In this document: positions 58,544-64,000 of the stretch, in pieces | Numbering within the stretch: position 1 is the stretch's first letter | Layout of the letters: each line of letters starts with the position of its first letter | Source of the DNA: an uncultured candidate division Zixibacteria bacterium | GTDB taxonomy: Bacteria > Zixibacteria > MSB-5A5 > GN15 > FEB-12 | Direction: 5' to 3' | DNA length: 64,000 nucleotides | NCBI GenBank assembly: GCA_963664195.1 | Contig: OY760907.1 | Coordinates: 960,001 to 1,024,000 of the forward strand | Position numbers and translations under genes: made by a program | The notes under the pieces: model-generated | Database searches by the model: none | The model's input: only the letters and a program-made list of their open reading frames with translations | What the model was told of the DNA's origin: nothing

Positions 58544-60661
58544 TCAACGGAAGCGCAAGTCTAGAAGATCCAGGACCTCGACAACCATTTGATCGACCAT
58601 CTTTCGATTCAATCGATTGGACGGCACCTGCATTCCGAAATAAGCGTGATTAATCCAGCTTGCCACGGCTGCCGAATCCATGTCCCGCTTGCCAGCGTCA
58701 AGTTTGGACATAGTGGCGTGAATGCGCAACTCCGAAGGCAACCGGCTGTACGAACCGTTGAGCAGCAACGACATCGTTTTGGAGAACGATAGTTGCTTCA
58801 GGTAACGAGCCAGGGAAAACGTGAAGTCGCTGAAGTTCGCCAGTAGCAGCCGGGTTCTCCCCCATTCGTCCAGATCGATGATACCCGCCAGAGAGTCGTT
58901 CTGCACCATTACATTGCTGACGGTAAAGTCGCCCTTTCTCAGCATAACGTTGTGCGGGTGTTCGTTCAATGTGTTTTCGATCATACCGGTCAGTTTATCA
59001 ATGAGACTGTCATACCGGCCGGAATTCTGCGTCATCCCTGTCAGAGTTGTGAGACGATGACGGTACTCGGCGACTTCTTCCTCGATCGGGTACTCTCCCA
59101 CATCCAAATGGGAAAGCGCGACAAGAGAATCGATTACTTCTTTGCACAGGCTGTCGCTCAGTTTCGGGGATTGGGTCGGGTCCCAGGGCGATCCCGGTAG
59201 ACAGGTTTCGACACAGTACCATTGCTTGCCAAGATGACCTTCATACACGAACTCTGGAAGCCGACACAGTCGGCTGTCTTCCCCCGTATTTTCATGGGCA
59301 CTGGCAAAAACTGATAGCCCTTCGTTATTGCGCCAGCAATTCTTCCAGGCACGAGGCGTAAACGGAACCTTGACAATAACACGCGGGACTTCCTTCCTTG
59401 GAGACCGCAGCGAAATCAGCAGTTTCCCCTTGCGGTTCACCATCGTCGCAGCAATCTGATAGCCGGAAGTCTCATGTCCTGTGTTGTGGGCAAAATCCTC
59501 AACCACCGCGTCAAGCCACGACAAAGATGTCTGGCCCGGCGAGCCGACGATCCCAAAACAGGGCACAGTCGCCTTGTACACCCAGGTTGGCAAGGCCCTG
59601 ACTTTGCGGCTTTCGTGTCCCTTGATATGTCGCTTCATATGGTTCTGGCGGCCCAGGTCGATGATCTTTTCAGGGCTTCGGTGGTCGGGTTCCACTCCCC
59701 AGAACCGGGTGGAGCCAAATCCGGCCGCCTCCAGAAGCCTCATGTAACCCTTGCGACCGTGGGTGTAGGTCAAGTATGGTTGACTATTCTTCAGTAGCGA
59801 GGCCAGATGCGCCAGTGGACGTGGATACAACGAGCCAAACCGGAGGCGAGTGTGGCGGTCCGGCTCCCCCACAAAGTGCTTGCGTGCATGGCGATTGTCG
59901 GTCCCTATATACACTTGCCCGTCGGGTTTGAGAACGCGGCGAACCTCCGCAAGGAAGTTCTTCTGGATTTCCGTCGGACGGTGACTGGTGTACACTTCGC
60001 TGATGTAATTCATCGCTTTGCCGAGAGCGCCTGACCTGGCGTACTTTGCCCGCTGGACCGACCAGTCTGCCGCCACCCACTCAAGCACGCTGTTCATCAC
60101 GACAGCGTCGAACGTTTCGGAGGCAAAGGGCAGCAGCGGCGTATCGCCACCGCAGCAAAGCTGCAGGTTGTATAACCCGTAATATTGCTTCTTGAGAGCC
60201 AGGAGTTGAAGACGTTCGTGAGTGAGGTCAATAGCCGTCACCTGCCCGACAGTTCGGGCGAGATTGATCGACGTATTATCCCAGCCACAGCCGAGATTCA
60301 GTACATGGTCGTCGGGGCGCATGGCCAGTAGATACTTCTGGAAAGCACGGTGCTCGCTGACGAGATTCTCGATGAGCTCGATCCGGTTGCGCGGGTCTTT
60401 GGCCGTATCGACAATATCCTGAAGCAGATATTCGATCGATTCGGAGTCTTCATCTACCACTCGGGCATAGTGATCAAGTCTCTCCGTCAGCCATTCCCGA
60501 GGAATGGAATGAGCATAGTACTCGCGATTGCGAGCCATCTGAGGAATATCCCGAATAATCGGAAACAGATCGCCGCATTTCGAGCAGATCAGGTCCCGTG
60601 ACGGTCGTTCAACTGTCGATCCGCAGTTGGGGCACCGAATGTAGTCGGCTATTTCGCGCAC
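58544..60661 (-). CDS. Zn-ribbon plus SAM methyltransferase plus APH-like kinase fusion
   Basis: CPNC...CSKC; VLNLGCG, LPF...FD, VLEW and RVLKPDG motifs; C-terminal KGDF...N...GIIDLD. Confidence 0.8.
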   Translation of the reverse strand: MREIADYIRCPNCGSTVERPSRDLICSKCGDLFPIIRDIPQMARNREYYAHSIPREWLTERLDHYARVVDEDSESIEYLLQDIVDTAKDPRNRIELIENLVSEHRAFQKYLLAMRPDDHVLNLGCGWDNTSINLARTVGQVTAIDLTHERLQLLALKKQYYGLYNLQLCCGGDTPLLPFASETFDAVVMNSVLEWVAADWSVQRAKYARSGALGKAMNYISEVYTSHRPTEIQKNFLAEVRRVLKPDGQVYIGTDNRHARKHFVGEPDRHTRLRFGSLYPRPLAHLASLLKNSQPYLTYTHGRKGYMRLLEAAGFGSTRFWGVEPDHRSPEKIIDLGRQNHMKRHIKGHESRKVRALPTWVYKATVPCFGIVGSPGQTSLSWLDAVVEDFAHNTGHETSGYQIAATMVNRKGKLLISLRSPRKEVPRVIVKVPFTPRAWKNCWRNNEGLSVFASAHENTGEDSRLCRLPEFVYEGHLGKQWYCVETCLPGSPWDPTQSPKLSDSLCKEVIDSLVALSHLDVGEYPIEEEVAEYRHRLTTLTGMTQNSGRYDSLIDKLTGMIENTLNEHPHNVMLRKGDFTVSNVMVQNDSLAGIIDLDEWGRTRLLLANFSDFTFSLARYLKQLSFSKTMSLLLNGSYSRLPSELRIHATMSKLDAGKRDMDSAAVASWINHAYFGMQVPSNRLNRKMVDQMVVEVLDLLDLRFR

Positions 60662-60963
60662 TGGCTCCCTTTTGTCCGTTGCCTATCCCGGCTGATGTCA
60701 CGTTTTGCCACAGTATTCCCATCCGCTTGAAGGGCCCCACTCAAGCTCAAAACACAATCCTCAATGTCCGGTTCTACCAGAACTCTTCCACTTGTACGCC
60801 TCGCCCAAAGGCATCTCTAAGATGCCCCTTCACCAGTCTAACAGTCAACGTAAATATTCGGTCAACTCGTTGTGCACAAAAGCGGAACACGGACCGATAA
60901 TACTTGACAGGTATGCCCTCAACACTCACCTTTAGACCTTCCCGAAGGGTACGGAACACTTGT

Positions 60964-61224
60964 ATGGCGAAATCGATTCTGGTTACCGGCGGCGCCGGCC
61001 TCATCCGGTCACACCTCGTTGACCAACAACAGCATGAAGAACATGCGGACGCCGCCTCATGTTTCCGTGCCAACGACATCACTCGCAAAACAGAACCCAT
61101 TCTGAACCACAATGCTGATATCGTCGTTGTGTTCTACCAACCCGACGATATTACCGAGACGTATGCCTGCAATGCACCGACACAGGCTGAATCGTGCCAC
61201 AGGCACGGGCATCTGGCCGAATAG
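60964..61224 (+). pseudogene. Internally deleted NAD-dependent sugar epimerase remnant
   Basis: N-terminal ILVTGGAGLIRSHLVD and a C-terminal-like QPDDITETYA within only 86 aa. Confidence 0.65.
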
Positions 61225-61246
61225 GAATGAACAGGCGGAGGAAGTA

Positions 61247-62548
61247 ATGAATATTTGTATGATTGGTACCGGCTATGTTGGCCTCGTCGCAGGCACCTGC
61301 CTCTCTGACTTTGGAATCAACGTCACCTGCGTGGACATAGACGAATCGAAGATCGAACAATTGAAAAACGGCGAAGTTCCGATCTACGAGCGTGGTCTCG
61401 GCGAACTGATCAAGAAGAACGTCAAACTGGAACGGCTCCACTTCTCAACCAACCTGAAAGAAGCCGTCGACCGTTGCCTGGTCATTTTCCTCGCGGTCGG
61501 TACTCCGGAACGCGACGACGGATCGGCGGATTTGTCGGCTCTGCGCGCCGTGGTCAAGGAGATTGCCTCCTATATGACCGAATACAAGATCATCGTCACC
61601 AAGAGCACGGTGCCGGTCGGAACCGCCAAAAGCCTTCGTAAAATGATCAAAGAGAACCTTAAGACCGATTGCGAATTCGATGTTGTCTCCAATCCGGAAT
61701 TCCTGCGAGAAGGTGCCGCGGTCAACGACTTCCTGCACCCGGACCGCGTGGTTCTCGGTTGTGACTCGGAGCGCGCCCTGGCCATCATGCGCGATATCTA
61801 TCGTCCGCTCTACCTGTTGGAAACACCGATAGTGTCGACTTCCAACGAGACGGCCGAAGTTATCAAATACGCCGCCAACACCGCTCTGGCGCTGAAAATA
61901 TCGTATATCAACGAAATCGCCAATCTCTGCGATCTGGTCGGGGCCGACGTGTACCAGGTGGCGGTTGCCATCGGCAAAGACGGACGTATCGGCCCCAAGT
62001 TCCTGCATGCCGGACCGGGCTACGGCGGCTCCTGTTTCCCGAAGGATGTCAAGGCTATTGTCAATACTGCCGAGGAAGTCGGTTACGATTTCAAGCTCGC
62101 CAAGGCAATCGTCGCGGTCAATTCCCTCCAGTGGAAACGGGTCGTGGACAAATCCCGTGAAACCCTTGGCGGCTTTGAAGGCAAAACGATCGCTATTTTG
62201 GGATTATCGTTTAAGCCGCAAACCGACGATGTTCGCGAGGCTCCTGCTATTCATATTGCGAACGCGATGATTGCCGAAGGTGCTGTCATCCGCGGTTTTG
62301 ATCCGGTGGCAATGGATGAGGCACGGAAAAACGCACCGGACATCACCTACTGCGGTGATGCCTACTCCGCTGCCGAAAACGCCGACATGCTGTTGATCAC
62401 TACCGAGTGGCATGAGTTCCGCGACTTGCACCTCCAGCGGATGAAGGAAACCCTGCGCACGCCTGTTGTGTACGACACCAGGAACATTTATGACCCGAAA
62501 CAGGTACGAGAGATGGGATTCACCTACCTGTGCACCGGTCGACCGTAA
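61247..62548 (+). CDS. ugd: UDP-glucose 6-dehydrogenase
   Basis: IGTGYVGL, KSTVPVGT, NPEFLREG, GYGGSCFPKD and LGLSFKP.TDD motifs. Confidence 0.95.
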   Translation: MNICMIGTGYVGLVAGTCLSDFGINVTCVDIDESKIEQLKNGEVPIYERGLGELIKKNVKLERLHFSTNLKEAVDRCLVIFLAVGTPERDDGSADLSALRAVVKEIASYMTEYKIIVTKSTVPVGTAKSLRKMIKENLKTDCEFDVVSNPEFLREGAAVNDFLHPDRVVLGCDSERALAIMRDIYRPLYLLETPIVSTSNETAEVIKYAANTALALKISYINEIANLCDLVGADVYQVAVAIGKDGRIGPKFLHAGPGYGGSCFPKDVKAIVNTAEEVGYDFKLAKAIVAVNSLQWKRVVDKSRETLGGFEGKTIAILGLSFKPQTDDVREAPAIHIANAMIAEGAVIRGFDPVAMDEARKNAPDITYCGDAYSAAENADMLLITTEWHEFRDLHLQRMKETLRTPVVYDTRNIYDPKQVREMGFTYLCTGRP

Positions 62549-62605
62549 TATGCCGTGTGACAACAGGGATTGAATGAATCGCAGTTGCGCCGTATAAGGA
62601 TTGTA

Positions 62606-64000
62606 GTGGACACTTACCGTGATCATCGCACACGACACGATGTGGTGCGACAGAGTCATCTGTTCTGGGTTTTCCTGCTCCTCGCGAGCATGATTGCCGG
62701 CACCGTATCAGCGCTTTTCCTGCCGCCGGTCCTCATGATCGGATTGGTGTTAGTCCTGGTGTCTGTTGTGGTCATCATGCGGTATCCGTATGTAGGTCTG
62801 CTGATTTACCTCGCGATCTTCATGCTCCGTCCCGGCGAGCTGTACCCGGCCCTCGAAGCGTTGCGGATGGAAAGAATCGTGGGAATCCTCGTGCTGGTGG
62901 CCACGATTATCCGCCACAAGCGCGTCCACGGTTACTTGTTCTTCCCCAACGATACCGGCACCAAGCTGCTTTTTGCCTTTCTGGGAATCATGTGCGCGTC
63001 CTGGGTGACCAGTTACGACGCCGAAGAGACCGGGATGATTCTGGAGAGCTTCCTCAAGCTCATGGTGTTTTATGTCATCATTATCTACGAGTTAGATACG
63101 AAGGAGAAATTCAACTTCTTCCTTGGCGCGTTTATCCTGATGATCGGAGTGATAGCCTTTCTCTCTTTCCGTGACTATTACGGCGGCGGCGCGATCTACC
63201 GCATGGGCATCCAGCGTGCCATCGGGAGGACTTCAGCCGGCGGCGATGCCAACTCGCTGGCCGGCACCCTGGCGACGACCGTTCCGCTGGCAGTGGTGTT
63301 CTTGCGATACCATCGTAATCTCCTGATACGCCTGTTCACCGTCGGCCTTATCGGCTTGCTGCTCCTGATGATAGTGAACACCGGCTCACGTTCGGGACTG
63401 CTGACGTTAATCGTGGTTACCGGTGCAATCGTGTGGTTCTCAAAATACCGCGCCATTTCGACTGTGGTGGCAGGCATTCTGTTTGTTGCAAGCTGGTTTG
63501 TCATCCCGGATCAGTACCAGGCTCGATACACAACGATGTTTGACGAAGGCCGCAATGCCGATGATATCTCCTCCGGCCGAATCGCAATTTGGGAAAACGG
63601 CCTGCGAATGGCTATCAAAAAACCCGTGCTTGGAGTCGGAGCCGGCGCGTTCCGTGCCGCCAATAGATCCGGCGATTTCGGTCCCTCAAAAGACATGCAG
63701 GCGCACAACCTGTATATCCAGCTCTTTGCCACCGTCGGTATTATCGGTGCCGTCGTCTGGCTGTGGTTTCTTATCAGGATGCTCAAACAACTGTTCCGAC
63801 CTCGCCCGCCTTCGACAGACGAGGATGAGAAAACCTCCGATGAAGCCTGGGATAACAACCGCTGGTTCGACCTGATGCGTGAGGGGATCATTGGCACACT
63901 GGCTGGCCTGATGATATCCGGCATGTTCGGTCATTCCCTCTATCGGTACACCTGGTACCTGATGGCCGCGTTCACGTTAACCCTCGTCACCATCTACTAC
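62606..64000 (+). CDS. O-antigen polymerase/ligase (Wzy_C) family protein, 3' truncated
   Basis: Absent from the ORF track because there is no stop in the window. Hydrophobic frame with GDAN.LA, TGSRSG, SSGRIAIW, P.LGVGAG.F and AHNLY motifs; GTG start approximate. Confidence 0.85.
   Translation, partial: MDTYRDHRTRHDVVRQSHLFWVFLLLASMIAGTVSALFLPPVLMIGLVLVLVSVVVIMRYPYVGLLIYLAIFMLRPGELYPALEALRMERIVGILVLVATIIRHKRVHGYLFFPNDTGTKLLFAFLGIMCASWVTSYDAEETGMILESFLKLMVFYVIIIYELDTKEKFNFFLGAFILMIGVIAFLSFRDYYGGGAIYRMGIQRAIGRTSAGGDANSLAGTLATTVPLAVVFLRYHRNLLIRLFTVGLIGLLLLMIVNTGSRSGLLTLIVVTGAIVWFSKYRAISTVVAGILFVASWFVIPDQYQARYTTMFDEGRNADDISSGRIAIWENGLRMAIKKPVLGVGAGAFRAANRSGDFGPSKDMQAHNLYIQLFATVGIIGAVVWLWFLIRMLKQLFRPRPPSTDEDEKTSDEAWDNNRWFDLMREGIIGTLAGLMISGMFGHSLYRYTWYLMAAFTLTLVTIYY

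Noticed and set aside
60718..60747. Additional REP family A copy
   Set aside because: Only a partial match (GCTTGAAGGGCC); too degenerate to call.

Overview
A 64 kb, moderately GC-rich bacterial chromosomal window. The gene content suggests an FCB-superphylum organism, possibly Zixibacteria-like; this is inferred from a T9SS/FlgD-type C-terminal domain, DUF3098, a group II GGGP synthase and a DUF4295-like protein. From left to right it holds: an RRM RNA-binding gene; an IS481 remnant; a tRNA-Val/tRNA-Asp pair, with a 144-bp perfect direct repeat enclosing an ankyrin islet; a recX-alaS-GGGPS-gmhA-waaL-like-DUF3098 operon; a DUF4388 cluster ending in a putative bL38-like Zn protein; a complete classical menaquinone operon (menG-F-D-H-B-A-C-E plus convergent menI); pepF; a chaperone-usher-like pilus locus with three DUF4402-like pilins and a candidate sigma54 promoter; assorted housekeeping, redox and Fe-S genes; and a surface-polysaccharide locus (GT2, two SGNH-like proteins, Wzx, GT4, acetyltransferase, methyltransferase-kinase fusion, ugd, Wzy-like). 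Intergenic regions carry at least four families of short palindromic REP-like repeats in mosaic clusters, several starting at a GTAG that overlaps a TAG stop codon. The strongest leads are the DUF4402 pilus system, the tRNA-Asp islet, the REP mosaic system, the archaeal-type GGGPS in an envelope operon, a probable ATT start for alaS and the WbdD-like fusion. All calls come from reading motifs by eye; no database searches were run.
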